From assembly GCA_031422335.1 (NCBI GenBank), contig JANOQW010000013.1:47656-111655 (forward strand): a DNA stretch of 64,000 bases. The letters are read 5' to 3'. Position 1 is the first letter of the stretch. The number at the start of each line of letters is the position of its first letter. Shown here one piece after another: positions 8,110 through 18,323 of the stretch. The position numbers were made by a program, and so were the translations under genes. The DNA is from Methylophilaceae bacterium (GTDB taxonomy: Bacteria > Pseudomonadota > Gammaproteobacteria > Burkholderiales > Methylophilaceae). The notes under the pieces were generated by a model. That model was not told the origin of the DNA. It made no database searches and saw nothing but the letters and a program-made list of their open reading frames with translations.

Positions 8110-9797
8110 GCTGTAGCACTTTCTTTTGCGACATCTTTAGCACTGTCTTTAGCATAGACATGCGCCTTAAACGGCGCCACGCCCAAGCGGCGCACCGTGT
8201 CGATAAAGCGCTCTTCTGGCGTACGCTGTTTGACATAGAGGTCGATGAGCTTTTGAATTACACTAGGCATCTCTGCTGCGGCAAATGATGGCCCAATCAC
8301 CGCGCCAATACTGGCATCGTTGCCTTGTTTGCCTCCAATGGTGACCTGATACCACTCTGAGCCATCTTTGTCGATACCCAAAATGCCAATGTGCCCGACA
8401 TGGTGATGGCCGCAGGCATTCATGCAGCCAGAAATGTTCAGCTCAATATCGCCGATATCGTGCAAGTAATCTAGGTTATCAAATTGCATTTGAATCGCTT
8501 CAGCAATGGGAATACTTTTTGCGTTAGCCAAACTACAGAAATCGCCACCAGGGCAACAAATTATATCTGTGAGTAAGCCGATATTTGGGGTGGCGAGGCC
8601 ATTGGCACGGGCGATTTCCCACAGTGCAAATAAATTGCTTAATTTAACATCAGCTAGAATCAAATTTTGCTCATGCGATACACGCAATTCGCCAAAGCTG
8701 TAAGCTTCGGCTAAATCGGCCACGGTATGCATTTGCGCGCTGGTGGCGTCACCCGGCGCTTTGCCATGCGGTTTTAGCGATAAAGTCACCGCGCGATAAC
8801 CTGCAATTTTGTGTGCATGCGTGCAGCGCTTTACCCACGCTGCAAACGCAGGGTTACTGGCAACAGTCGCATCAAAGCTGGCATTGTGTACAGGTAAGCT
8901 ATCGTAATTAAACTCACCAAAATACGTGCTGACGCGCGCCAATTCGGCTTCAGTAATGGTATTTGGTGCGTTTTTTAAGTGCACCCATTCGGCTTCTACT
9001 TGGTTTTTAAATTCATCTATACCCAGCGCTTTTACCAAAATTTTAATGCGCGCCTTATAAATATTATCGCGGCGGCCATGCAAGTTATACACGCGAATAA
9101 TCGCCTCGCAATAGGTCAGCGCGTGCTGCCATTCTAAATGCTCTCTAATCACAGAGCCCAATATCGGCGTACGTCCTAGACCACCACCCACCCATACTTT
9201 AATGGCAAGTTTGCCAGCATTGTCGCTGTAAAACTCCATACCAATATCGTGCGCTTGCACAACGGCGCGGTCATCTTTAGTGCCAGAAACAGCAATTTTA
9301 AATTTGCGTGGTAACAGCGCGAATTCTGGGTGAAAAGTACTCCATTGACGCATAATTTCTGCCATGGCACGCGGGTCGATAATTTCGTCTGGTGCAATGC
9401 CAGCAAATTGGTCGGTGGTAATGTTGCGAATACAATTGCCCGAGGTTTGAATAGCGTGCATTTCCACTGTTGCCAGTTCGGCCAAAATATCAGGTACATC
9501 TTCTACTTTTGGCCAATTTAATTGCAGGTTTTGACGCGTCGAAAAATGGCCATAATCTTTGTCATATTTTTTGGCAATGTCGCCAAGCTTGTGTAACTGA
9601 CGGCTAGATAACATGCCGTAAGGCACGGCAATACGCAACATTGGCGCATGACGTTGAATGTATAAACCGTTTTGCAGGCGTAGCGGACGAAATTCATCCT
9701 CGCTTAGCTCTTTGGCCAAGTAGCGGCGTGTTTGGTCGCGATACTGCGCAACGCGCTCATCGACAATGGTCTGATCTATTGCATCGTACTTATACAT
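8106..9797 (-). CDS. cysI: Siroheme sulfite reductase, ferredoxin-dependent type
   Basis: FRPLRLQNGLY, STRQNLQ, TSGNCIRN, CPGGDFC and SGCMNACGHHH cluster ligands. Start placed at ATG 9797 (MYKYD). Confidence 0.92.
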   Translation of the reverse strand: MYKYDAIDQTIVDERVAQYRDQTRRYLAKELSEDEFRPLRLQNGLYIQRHAPMLRIAVPYGMLSSRQLHKLGDIAKKYDKDYGHFSTRQNLQLNWPKVEDVPDILAELATVEMHAIQTSGNCIRNITTDQFAGIAPDEIIDPRAMAEIMRQWSTFHPEFALLPRKFKIAVSGTKDDRAVVQAHDIGMEFYSDNAGKLAIKVWVGGGLGRTPILGSVIREHLEWQHALTYCEAIIRVYNLHGRRDNIYKARIKILVKALGIDEFKNQVEAEWVHLKNAPNTITEAELARVSTYFGEFNYDSLPVHNASFDATVASNPAFAAWVKRCTHAHKIAGYRAVTLSLKPHGKAPGDATSAQMHTVADLAEAYSFGELRVSHEQNLILADVKLSNLFALWEIARANGLATPNIGLLTDIICCPGGDFCSLANAKSIPIAEAIQMQFDNLDYLHDIGDIELNISGCMNACGHHHVGHIGILGIDKDGSEWYQVTIGGKQGNDASIGAVIGPSFAAAEMPSVIQKLIDLYVKQRTPEERFIDTVRRLGVAPFKAHVYAKDSAKDVAKESATA

Positions 9798-10008
9798 TTT
9801 ATACTTTTCTTCTCTCAACTATCTTCACAACTCTGCGTTGCAGTTTAAAATTTATTGCTTGCATGGCTAATTTTTATTTTTGGCATTTGCGGCGCGGCTA
9901 AATTGCAAGTTGTACCATTATTTTATTGATATTTGAGGAATAAAAAGCATAAAACTTAATTTCTCAAACTAACCATATAAAATAACCCAACATTTTAACC
10001 GAAAATGC

Positions 10009-10890
10009 TTATTTTGGCTTTGCTTTTGATTGTGTTATTGCTTTGGGTTTTTTAAAACCCAATTGTTTGAAGCCAATAATAAACAACAATATAACCATAC
10101 CAATTAATTGATTAAACTGCGGGAAAGCCAATTTTTGCCCAACATATACCAAAATTAACGCTAATAAAACGCGCACCCAATGCTCGGCTACTTTGCTGCT
10201 TAAATGGCTACCTATCCAAATGCCTGGAATCGAGCCAATTAATAATGTTCCCAGCAACTGATAATCAACTGTGCCAAGGCTAGCATGGCCTAAACCCGCT
10301 ACTAAAGTCAAAGGTACTGCATGTGCCACATCAGAGCCCACAATAGTAGTAATCGGTTTTTTAGGATACAAAATAAGCAAAGCCGTTACACCCAGTGCGC
10401 CAGCACCTACAGAAGTAAGAGTCACTAAAAAGCCCAGTACTACACCTAAAATAATGGTAGATGCAGGTACATATTTGGGGTTAATCCAATGCCCTGTTTT
10501 AGATAAGTTGGCGAGTTGATTGCGAAATATTACCGAAACAGAGGTTAACAATAGCGCGATGCCTAACCAAAATTTAATGCTGACAACCGCACTTTCAGAG
10601 GCAATATCTAAATCTTTTAAATACATTAATGTAACTAGCGCGGCAGGTATGCTGCCATAAGCCAGCAGGCGCACCATTATCCAATCAATATTGCCTAGTT
10701 TACCGTGCGCAAAAATGCCTGCTGTTTTAGTGATGGATGCGTAGAGTAAGTCAGTACCCACCGCAACAGCGGCCTTTACATTAAAAAATAGCATTAAAAT
10801 GGGCGTCATCAGTGAGCCGCCACCCACGCCAGTTAGGCCAACCAATAGGCCAACCGCAAAGCCCGCAAATATGTAAAAAGCTAAATCCAT
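10009..10890 (-). CDS. TauE/SafE sulfite exporter family protein
   Basis: GLTGVGGGSLMTP, AVGTDL, SVGAGALG and VGSDVAHAVPL motifs. Confidence 0.9.
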   Translation of the reverse strand: MDLAFYIFAGFAVGLLVGLTGVGGGSLMTPILMLFFNVKAAVAVGTDLLYASITKTAGIFAHGKLGNIDWIMVRLLAYGSIPAALVTLMYLKDLDIASESAVVSIKFWLGIALLLTSVSVIFRNQLANLSKTGHWINPKYVPASTIILGVVLGFLVTLTSVGAGALGVTALLILYPKKPITTIVGSDVAHAVPLTLVAGLGHASLGTVDYQLLGTLLIGSIPGIWIGSHLSSKVAEHWVRVLLALILVYVGQKLAFPQFNQLIGMVILLFIIGFKQLGFKKPKAITQSKAKPK

Positions 10891-11022
10891 GTGTTATAAA
10901 GACTAAAGTTAGTAGCAAAACGCGTAATATAGCAGGGTTTTATATAATTATTTAATACCTTTTTGATATTTTGGTATATTATTTACTTATAAAGAATAAT
11001 TACTTTTATTACATAGGTTTAC

Positions 11023-11955
11023 ATGAAACTTCATCAACTTAAATACATCCACGAAGTGGCCCGCCAAGGTTTGAGTATCTCGGCTGCAGCTGAGGCGCTG
11101 CATACCTCGCAGCCTGGCGTGAGTAAGCAAATTCAAATGCTAGAGGATGAATTAAAGTTACAGATTTTTCAGCGTAACGGCAAACGGCTCACAGGAATAA
11201 CAGAACCTGGCCGCCACATCGTTAAATTGGCCGCTACCGTGATGTTAGAAATGCAAAACATTAAACGGGTGGGCGATGAATTTGCCAAAGTAGAAACCGG
11301 CACGCTGACCATTGCCACCACGCACACGCAAGCGCGCTACAAGCTGCCCGCTGCGGTAAAGCAATTTATCACCAATTATCCGCACGTAAAACTCAATATT
11401 CACCAAGGTAACCCCAGCCAAGTCACTGCGCAAGTGGCCAATGGCGAGGCAGATATTGGCATAGCGACCGAAGCGATTAGTTCAGATGACCGCTTGTTAT
11501 GCTTGCCGTGCTACGAATGGAATCGCTGCGTAGTGGTGCCAAAAGGTCATCGGCTGATAGATGCTGTGCCACTCACGTTGGCCAAAATTGCCAGCTTTCC
11601 GCTGATAACTTATGATTTTGCTTTTACTGGCAGCACTATTGTGTCTAAAGTGTTTCACGATGCGGGTGTGATGCCTAACGTAGTGCTAAGCGCGATTGAT
11701 GCTGACGTGATTAAAACCTATGTGGGGCTTGGCTTAGGCGTCGGTTTAATCGCCAATATGGCGTATGACGAAGAGCGCGATAAAGATTTGGTGAAACTCG
11801 ATTGCAGTCATTTATTCCCGGCCAGCACAACCTACCTCGGTGTGCGTAAAGATGCCTTTTTGCGTGGCTATTTATATGGATTTATAGAGTTACTGGCACC
11901 AAAATTTGGCCGCAGAGAAGTCGACGAAGCGCTTAAGGCACATCGCAATAGTTAG
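11023..11955 (+). CDS. cysB: CysB/Cbl-type LysR regulator of sulfur assimilation
   Basis: LHTSQPGVSKQI HTH, TTHTQARY, HQGNP, DADVIKTYV..GLGVG. Confidence 0.93.
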   Translation: MKLHQLKYIHEVARQGLSISAAAEALHTSQPGVSKQIQMLEDELKLQIFQRNGKRLTGITEPGRHIVKLAATVMLEMQNIKRVGDEFAKVETGTLTIATTHTQARYKLPAAVKQFITNYPHVKLNIHQGNPSQVTAQVANGEADIGIATEAISSDDRLLCLPCYEWNRCVVVPKGHRLIDAVPLTLAKIASFPLITYDFAFTGSTIVSKVFHDAGVMPNVVLSAIDADVIKTYVGLGLGVGLIANMAYDEERDKDLVKLDCSHLFPASTTYLGVRKDAFLRGYLYGFIELLAPKFGRREVDEALKAHRNS

Positions 11956-11966
11956 TTGATATTACG

Positions 11967-12503
11967 ATGCAAAAATTACTTACTTCTGCTTTATTATTAT
12001 CACTTATCGGATGTGCCGGCCTGCAAGCCAATAGCAGCGGGGCTTCTGGTGATGCTGCTAAGGCTCCGACACAAGTTGATGGCGCCATTTATGAAGTGCA
12101 AGTGGCAGATGGCGTGAGCTACCAAGATGTTATCGATAGCTTAAAAAGCGTGAGCGAAGGTATGAATTTTGTAAACCCTGCAAACTTTCCCATCGGCGAT
12201 CATATCAAGCTGCGTGGCATCGATCCGCAAGGCATCAAAGAAGTGCATTCTTTTTGCAATTTAACCATGGGCACCGATATTTTTCTCGATCATCCTGAGT
12301 TTTTGGTGTTTGCACCTTGCCGCATTGCTATATATGAAAAATCAGATGCAGATAAAAAACTTAAGCTATTTATCGGATTAGCGCTGCCTAGCTATGATTT
12401 AAAAAGCATTAAAAGCCCGACTGAGCGCGCAACTAAAGCGGCTCAACAGCTAGACGAGGCGCTGATTACGCTACTTAATAAAGCCAGCAAGGGTGACATT
12501 TAG
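11967..12503 (+). CDS. DUF302-family lipoprotein
   Basis: Lipobox LIGC at residue 16, plus FCN and APCRIAIYE motifs typical of DUF302. Confidence 0.7.
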   Translation: MQKLLTSALLLSLIGCAGLQANSSGASGDAAKAPTQVDGAIYEVQVADGVSYQDVIDSLKSVSEGMNFVNPANFPIGDHIKLRGIDPQGIKEVHSFCNLTMGTDIFLDHPEFLVFAPCRIAIYEKSDADKKLKLFIGLALPSYDLKSIKSPTERATKAAQQLDEALITLLNKASKGDI

Positions 12504-12552
12504 CTTTAAATTGAGTTGCACTTTTTTAATTTAGTTCCCCGTTTTATTCACA

Positions 12553-12565
12553 TAACCAATTGATT
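12553..12565 (-). promoter_or_regulatory. Candidate IHF site upstream of the fasciclin gene
   Basis: Reverse complement AATCAATTGGTTA matches WATCAANNNNTTR exactly. It is a single short motif in AT-rich DNA, so it could be chance. Confidence 0.35.
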
Positions 12566-12685
12566 TAATGAGAACTTTCTAAGTCTATGTATGCCTACGA
12601 TTGTGTGGTGACTTTTCTATTCTGAAAATAACTACAGATAATTTGTGTTGAACAATTTTCACAAATTTTGTTAGGAGACTTTTAA

Positions 12686-13168
12686 ATGAAACGTAATTTT
12701 CTTTCTTTATTCATGGGTTCTATTTTTTTAATCTCATCTTCTGTTGCACTGGCCGATCATCATCTAGCTGGCGAAAAAGACATTGTTGATACCGCCATTG
12801 CAGCAGGCAGCTTTACAACGCTAGTAACTGCCGTAAAAGCCGCTGGATTGGTTGAAACGCTAAAAGGTAAAGGCCCATTTACCGTATTTGCACCAACGGA
12901 TGCTGCATTTGCAAAAATCCCCAAAGCAGATCTAGATGCATTACTTAAAGATAAAGCTAAATTAACCGCCATATTAACCTACCATGTGGTGCCAGCTGCA
13001 GTTATGGCCAAAGATGTAAAAGCGGGTGACGCGCCAACCGTGAATGGCAAAGCACTAAAAATAACCACCGATAAAGGCGTGATGGTGAATAATGCCAAAG
13101 TAACGGCCACTGATGTTGAGGCGTCTAACGGTGTGATTCATGTCATTGATACAGTATTGATTCCTTAG
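12686..13168 (+). CDS. Secreted fasciclin (FAS1) domain protein
   Basis: Signal peptide, then [33 protein letters not shown] and [11 protein letters not shown]. Strong AGGAGA ribosome-binding site. Confidence 0.95.
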   Translation: MKRNFLSLFMGSIFLISSSVALADHHLAGEKDIVDTAIAAGSFTTLVTAVKAAGLVETLKGKGPFTVFAPTDAAFAKIPKADLDALLKDKAKLTAILTYHVVPAAVMAKDVKAGDAPTVNGKALKITTDKGVMVNNAKVTATDVEASNGVIHVIDTVLIP

Positions 13169-13188
13169 TTTTAACAATTATTTGTGAT

Positions 13189-13216
13189 AAAAAACCCGCT
13201 TTATTGCGGGTTTTTT
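13189..13216 (+). terminator. Rho-independent terminator after the fasciclin gene
   Basis: AAAAAACCCGC-TTTATT-GCGGGTTTTTT. Confidence 0.88.
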
Positions 13217-13242
13217 ATTGACCATTTAACTTACAAAATTGA

Positions 13243-13281
13243 ATGCCCTGCTAGCCTCACGGGTATTGGTTGGTAGAGCAT
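13243..13281 (+). repeat. Copy 2 of the ~39-bp hairpin repeat (diverged)
   Basis: 31 of 39 nt identical to 19450-19488. The stem substitutions keep pairing through G-T wobbles. Confidence 0.65.
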
Positions 13282-13372
13282 GTGTTTAAATGCTTAAATG
13301 TAGTGAATATTGCTGCTGTAAAAAGTTTGGGCTTGGTTTATACTAAATTATATTAATTATAATCTTATAAGT

Positions 13373-14890
13373 GTGTATAAAAACCTGATGACTAATCCTA
13401 TCCGTCTTGCCAAAGCAGAAAATTTTCTCCACATTTTACCCAAAATGGCCAATCGACATGGCTTAATTGCGGGCGCTACAGGTACGGGTAAAACAGTTAC
13501 ACTGCAAAGCTTGGCAGAAGGTTTTTCTGCGCTTGGCGTGCCAGTTTTTATGGCAGATGTGAAGGGTGATTTATCGGGTATGAGCCAAGCTGGTGGGGGC
13601 AATCCGAAGGTTGATGCGCGCATTGCACAGCTAGGTATTGCCGACTTTAAGCCACAAGCTAGCCCAGTGACTTTGTGGGATGTATTTGGCATAAAAGGCC
13701 ATCCCGTAAGAACGACCGCCGCCGACATGGGGCCGCTATTGCTGGCGCGCATGCTCAATTTAAACGATGTACAAGGCGGCGTTTTAAACTCTATATTTAA
13801 GATTGCCGATGACAATGGCTGGCTGCTGCTGGATTTAAAAGATTTGCGCGCCATGAGCCAGCATGCTGCAGAAAACTCAGCCAAATATCAAACAGAATAT
13901 GGCAATATCTCGGCCGCCAGCGTGGGTGCGCTGCAGCGGGCATTGTTGCAGGTAGAAACCGAAGGTGGCGACCTGTTATTTGGTGAGCCTGCGTTAAATT
14001 TGGATGACTTGCTGCAAACCGATGCGCAAGGCCGTGGTGTGATTAATATATTGGCTTCGGATAAGCTGTTTAACTCGCCCCGCGTCTATGCCACGCTATT
14101 GCTGTGGCTGCTTTCTGAGTTATTTGAAAAACTACCAGAAGTAGGCGATTTAGAAAAACCTAAGCTAGTATTTTTCTTTGATGAAGCACATTTGCTATTC
14201 ACCGATGCGCCGCAAGCGTTATTGCAAAAAATTGAGCAAGTGGTGCGACTGATTCGCTCTAAAGGCGTCGGCGTATATTTTGTTAGCCAAAACCCGCTCG
14301 ATATTCCTGATATTGTACTGGGCCAGCTGGGTAATCGCGTGCAGCATGCCTTGCGCGCTTTTACACCGCGTGACCAAAAAGCGGTGAAATCAGCCGCCGA
14401 AACCTTTAGAAGCAACCCAAAAGTGGATGTAGCAACCGCGATTACTGAGCTGGGTGTGGGTGAGGCGCTGGTATCATTTTTGGATGAGAAGGGCGTGCCT
14501 ACTCCAGTGGAACGCGCCTTTATTATTCCGCCGCAAAGCCGCATTGGCCCTGCTACCGATGCGGAGCGAGCTGCAACCATGAATAATTCGTTAGTGCGCG
14601 GCGTGTACGAAAAGCATGTGGATAGAGAATCAGCCTACGAGATTTTGAAAAAGCGCGCCACAGAGCAAGCGGCAGAACAGGCGCCAGCAGAAGAAGAAGC
14701 CGCAAATGAAGATAGGGGTTTTGATTGGGGTGGCATGTTTGGCGGTGGTAATAAGACGGCTAAAAAGCCAACCAGTCGCTCTGACACTATTTTAGAAAGC
14801 GCTGCAAAATCTACCGTGCGTGCCATAGGCTCGCAGCTTGGCCGCCAAATCATTCGCGGTGTATTAGGCAGCATTTTTAAGGGCAGATAA
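13373..14890 (+). CDS. HerA-like ATPase (DUF853/YjgR family)
   Basis: [50 protein letters not shown]. The start may be 13388. Confidence 0.92.
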   Translation: MYKNLMTNPIRLAKAENFLHILPKMANRHGLIAGATGTGKTVTLQSLAEGFSALGVPVFMADVKGDLSGMSQAGGGNPKVDARIAQLGIADFKPQASPVTLWDVFGIKGHPVRTTAADMGPLLLARMLNLNDVQGGVLNSIFKIADDNGWLLLDLKDLRAMSQHAAENSAKYQTEYGNISAASVGALQRALLQVETEGGDLLFGEPALNLDDLLQTDAQGRGVINILASDKLFNSPRVYATLLLWLLSELFEKLPEVGDLEKPKLVFFFDEAHLLFTDAPQALLQKIEQVVRLIRSKGVGVYFVSQNPLDIPDIVLGQLGNRVQHALRAFTPRDQKAVKSAAETFRSNPKVDVATAITELGVGEALVSFLDEKGVPTPVERAFIIPPQSRIGPATDAERAATMNNSLVRGVYEKHVDRESAYEILKKRATEQAAEQAPAEEEAANEDRGFDWGGMFGGGNKTAKKPTSRSDTILESAAKSTVRAIGSQLGRQIIRGVLGSIFKGR

Positions 14891-14896
14891 ATATTT

Positions 14897-16585
14897 ATGC
14901 AATCCGATATCGAAATTGCCCAAGCCGCTAAGCTAAAACCGATTTCTGATATTGCTACCAAGCTAAATATAGCGCCAACGGATTTAATCCCTTATGGCCA
15001 TCACATTGCCAAGCTAAGCCCAGCTTGCTTGGCTAAGCTGCAAAATGATTCTCATAATAAGGCTAAAGCCAAGCTCATTTTAGTCACTGCCATTAGCCCC
15101 ACGCCAGCCGGTGAGGGAAAAACCACAACAACAATAGGCTTGGCAGATGCGCTTAATCACATTGGTAAAAGCGCCATTGTGTGCATTCGTGAACCATCAC
15201 TTGGCCCTGTTTTCGGCATGAAAGGTGGTGCCACCGGTGGCGGAATGTCTCAAGTGGTGCCAATGGAAAACATAAATTTGCATTTTACTGGCGATTTTCA
15301 TGCCATTACGGCCGCCAATAACTTACTGGCTGCTTTAATTGACAATCATATTCATCACGGTAACGCCTTGCAAATTGACGTACATCGCATTTCATGGAAA
15401 CCCTGTTTAGACATGAACGACCGCGCGCTGCGCCATGTGACACTACATCAGCAATATGGTGATAAAAGCTCTGGTTTTGACATCACGGTGGCCTCTGAGG
15501 TGATGGCGATTTTTTGCTTGGCAGAGAATTTAGCAGATTTAAAAGCGCGCTTGGGTGAGATTCAAGTGGCTACCAATTCCCTCGGCGAGCCAATACTGGC
15601 TAGGCACTTGCAGGCTGAAGGTGCGATGACGGCGCTGTTAAAAGATGCATTTCAACCCAATTTGGTACAAACACTAGAACACACACCAGCCATTGTACAT
15701 GGCGGCCCGTTTGCCAATATCGCGCATGGTTGTAATTCGGTTATCGCCACTAAAACGGCGCTAAAACTGGCTGATTATGTGGTGACCGAGGCGGGTTTTG
15801 GCGCCGATTTAGGCGCCGAAAAGTTTTTTGATATTAAATGCCGCAAGGCGAATTTGCAGCCCGATGTAGTGGTAATTGTGGCAACGGTGCGCGCGCTAAA
15901 ATATCACGGTGGCGCAGATTTAAAAGATTTAAACACAGAAAATGTAGGTATTTTATTAAATGGAATCAATAATTTAAAACAACATATTAATAATTTACAT
16001 GACCAATTTGGTATGCAAGTGATTGTTGCGATTAATCACTTTTATAATGACACGCAAGCCGAAATAGATGCTCTGCAAGCCAATATTGGTGCGGCTGCTG
16101 GCGATGCTCAAAAAGTTAAAGTAATTGTATGCAAACACTGGGCAGATGGTGGTGCTGGCGCAGTTGATTTGGCACATGAAGTAGTGCGCGTGCTGGCAGA
16201 ACAGAATGAATCTAAGTTTAAATTGCTATACCCCGATAGCATGCCCTTGCTGCAAAAAATTGAGATGATTGCACAAAAAATTTACGGTGCGGCTAAGGTC
16301 GAGCTGAGTGAGCAAGCGGCAGCCAAGCTTAAGATGTTGCAAAAAGACTACGGCCATTTTCCTATTTGCATCGCCAAAACGCAGTATTCGTTTTCATCTG
16401 ATGCTACTTTGCGTGGCGCGCCTACTGGCCACACATTGGTGGTGAACGAGTTACGCTTATCGCGCGGAGCAGGTTTTATTGTGGCTATTTGCGGCAAAAT
16501 TATGACCATGCCAGGCTTGCCCAAAGTGCCTGCCAGCGCGCGCATTAGTGTGAATGCAGCGGGCGACATTACTGGTTTGTCTTAA
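14897..16585 (+). CDS. fhs: Formate-tetrahydrofolate ligase
   Basis: [55 protein letters not shown]. Confidence 0.97.
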   Translation: MQSDIEIAQAAKLKPISDIATKLNIAPTDLIPYGHHIAKLSPACLAKLQNDSHNKAKAKLILVTAISPTPAGEGKTTTTIGLADALNHIGKSAIVCIREPSLGPVFGMKGGATGGGMSQVVPMENINLHFTGDFHAITAANNLLAALIDNHIHHGNALQIDVHRISWKPCLDMNDRALRHVTLHQQYGDKSSGFDITVASEVMAIFCLAENLADLKARLGEIQVATNSLGEPILARHLQAEGAMTALLKDAFQPNLVQTLEHTPAIVHGGPFANIAHGCNSVIATKTALKLADYVVTEAGFGADLGAEKFFDIKCRKANLQPDVVVIVATVRALKYHGGADLKDLNTENVGILLNGINNLKQHINNLHDQFGMQVIVAINHFYNDTQAEIDALQANIGAAAGDAQKVKVIVCKHWADGGAGAVDLAHEVVRVLAEQNESKFKLLYPDSMPLLQKIEMIAQKIYGAAKVELSEQAAAKLKMLQKDYGHFPICIAKTQYSFSSDATLRGAPTGHTLVVNELRLSRGAGFIVAICGKIMTMPGLPKVPASARISVNAAGDITGLS

Positions 16586-16600
16586 ATAGAAAAGCAGTCA

Positions 16601-17161
16601 TTGAATACGATTGAAAAAGCAGGTGCAGCCGAGCAAACCATTCATAAATCTAAATTTTTGGCTTGGGCAGCGGCGTGTAAAACCGAGGTCGAAGTGGGCA
16701 GCTTTTTACGCGCTATTGCCGCGCAGCACCCAACGGCGCACCACTTAGCGTATGCGTTTCGCATTAAAACGGCCGAAGGTATTGTTCCAAGATTTTCAGA
16801 TGCAGGTGAACCCAGCGGAACGGCGGGCAAGCCTATATTGCAAATGTTAGAAGGGCAGCAGCTGATTAATGTGTGCGTGGGCGTGATACGTTATTACGGC
16901 GGTGTGAATCTTGGTACAGGCGGGCTAGCGCGGGCGTATGGAGGCACTGCTAAAATGGCCATGCAAGCCGCACAAATAGTCGATTTTGTCGAGATGCAAG
17001 AAATTAGTGTGACGGTGGACTATAATCAGCTAGATACTTTGTTGCATGCGGTGACGCAATATAAAGGTGTAGTGCTAGATAAAGTATTCGATGCACAAGT
17101 GCGCGTAAAAATTAACCTGCCCGCGCAGCAAAGTCAGGCACTATTAAATAGATTTAGTTAA
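16601..17161 (+). CDS. yigZ: IMPACT family protein YigZ
   Basis: IHKSKFLA, SDAGEPSGTAGKPIL, RYYGGVNLGTGGLARAY. TTG start. Confidence 0.88.
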   Translation: MNTIEKAGAAEQTIHKSKFLAWAAACKTEVEVGSFLRAIAAQHPTAHHLAYAFRIKTAEGIVPRFSDAGEPSGTAGKPILQMLEGQQLINVCVGVIRYYGGVNLGTGGLARAYGGTAKMAMQAAQIVDFVEMQEISVTVDYNQLDTLLHAVTQYKGVVLDKVFDAQVRVKINLPAQQSQALLNRFS

Positions 17162-17208
17162 GCTAGATTCAGTTAATTAATTTGAGCTAAGCAAATAGGA
17201 AAAGTATT

Positions 17209-18255
17209 TTGGCAAACCAAGTAAACCAAGCAAACAAAACAGATAGTCTCATTTGGGGTATAGACAAACCAACACTAGCTGCATGGCTGCTCATCGGCTT
17301 TGGCATGATTTTTGTGCTTAAAGTGCATTTGCTACCCGCGCTACTGGCTGGTTTGCTGGTGTTCGAGCTGGTGCATATTATCTCGCCCTTTATTGAGCGA
17401 CATTTGCCTGGCAAAGGCGCCAAAATTATTGCAGTGGCATTCCTCGCCAGCATTGTCATTGGGCTGCTCACGCTCTTGGGCATGGGCTTGGTGGCGCTGT
17501 TTGGCTCAGATTCTGGTGGGCTAAGCACGCTGATTTCACAAATGGCACAAATTATTGAAGATTCGCGCAAAATTTTGCCTAAATGGCTAGATGAACGCCT
17601 GCCAGAAAATGCCTTTACGCTGCAATTAGCGGTCACGCAATGGCTGCGCGATCATTCATCTGATTTGCAATTTGTGGGCAAAGAGGCAGGCCGCCACGCC
17701 GCCCATATATTGGTCGCCATGGTCATAGGCGGCATGTTGGCGTTGCATGATTTTGTGAGTCGCGATCATTACAAATCTTTTGCCCGCGCTATGATTGAGC
17801 GCGTAACTTTGTTTAGCCAAGCGTTTCGCAATATTGTGTTTGCGCAAGTCCGCATCTCGGCCATTAACGCGACGTTTACCGGTATCTACTTAGCCGTGGT
17901 GCTGCCGCTAATGGGCATTAACTTGCCATTTACCAAAACCTTAATCGCCATTACCTTTATCGTTGGCTTGTTGCCAGTGATTGGCAATTTAATCTCAAAT
18001 GCGGTAATTGTGGTGGTCAGCATGAGCCACTCGCTGGGCGTGGCTATTGGCTCGCTGGCGTTTTTGGTGATTATTCACAAGCTAGAATATTTTTTAAACG
18101 CGCGCATAGTCGGTGGCCAAATTCGCGCCCACGCGTGGGAGCTGCTAATTGCCATGCTGTGCATGGAAGCCGCATTTGGCTTGCCTGGCATTGTGGCCGC
18201 GCCGATTTATTATGCGTATATTAAAAGCGAGTTAAGAGCGCGGGAGATGGTCTGA
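17209..18255 (+). CDS. AI-2E (PerM/UPF0118) family transporter
   Basis: Hydrophobic profile with AQVRISAIN, GLLPVIGN, HKLEYFLNARIVG and GLPGIVAAP. The start position is uncertain. Confidence 0.85.
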   Translation: MANQVNQANKTDSLIWGIDKPTLAAWLLIGFGMIFVLKVHLLPALLAGLLVFELVHIISPFIERHLPGKGAKIIAVAFLASIVIGLLTLLGMGLVALFGSDSGGLSTLISQMAQIIEDSRKILPKWLDERLPENAFTLQLAVTQWLRDHSSDLQFVGKEAGRHAAHILVAMVIGGMLALHDFVSRDHYKSFARAMIERVTLFSQAFRNIVFAQVRISAINATFTGIYLAVVLPLMGINLPFTKTLIAITFIVGLLPVIGNLISNAVIVVVSMSHSLGVAIGSLAFLVIIHKLEYFLNARIVGGQIRAHAWELLIAMLCMEAAFGLPGIVAAPIYYAYIKSELRAREMV

Positions 18256-18323
18256 GGGTTATGCAAATATCATGTCTTAATTTATTTATTATTGAATTTG
18301 AATAATAAAGTCAGAAAGTATTT

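Noticed and set aside
12569-12600. GAACTT as a sigmaE -35 element upstream of the fasciclin gene
   Set aside because: No matching TCTRA/TCAAA -10 element at 16-17 nt spacing.
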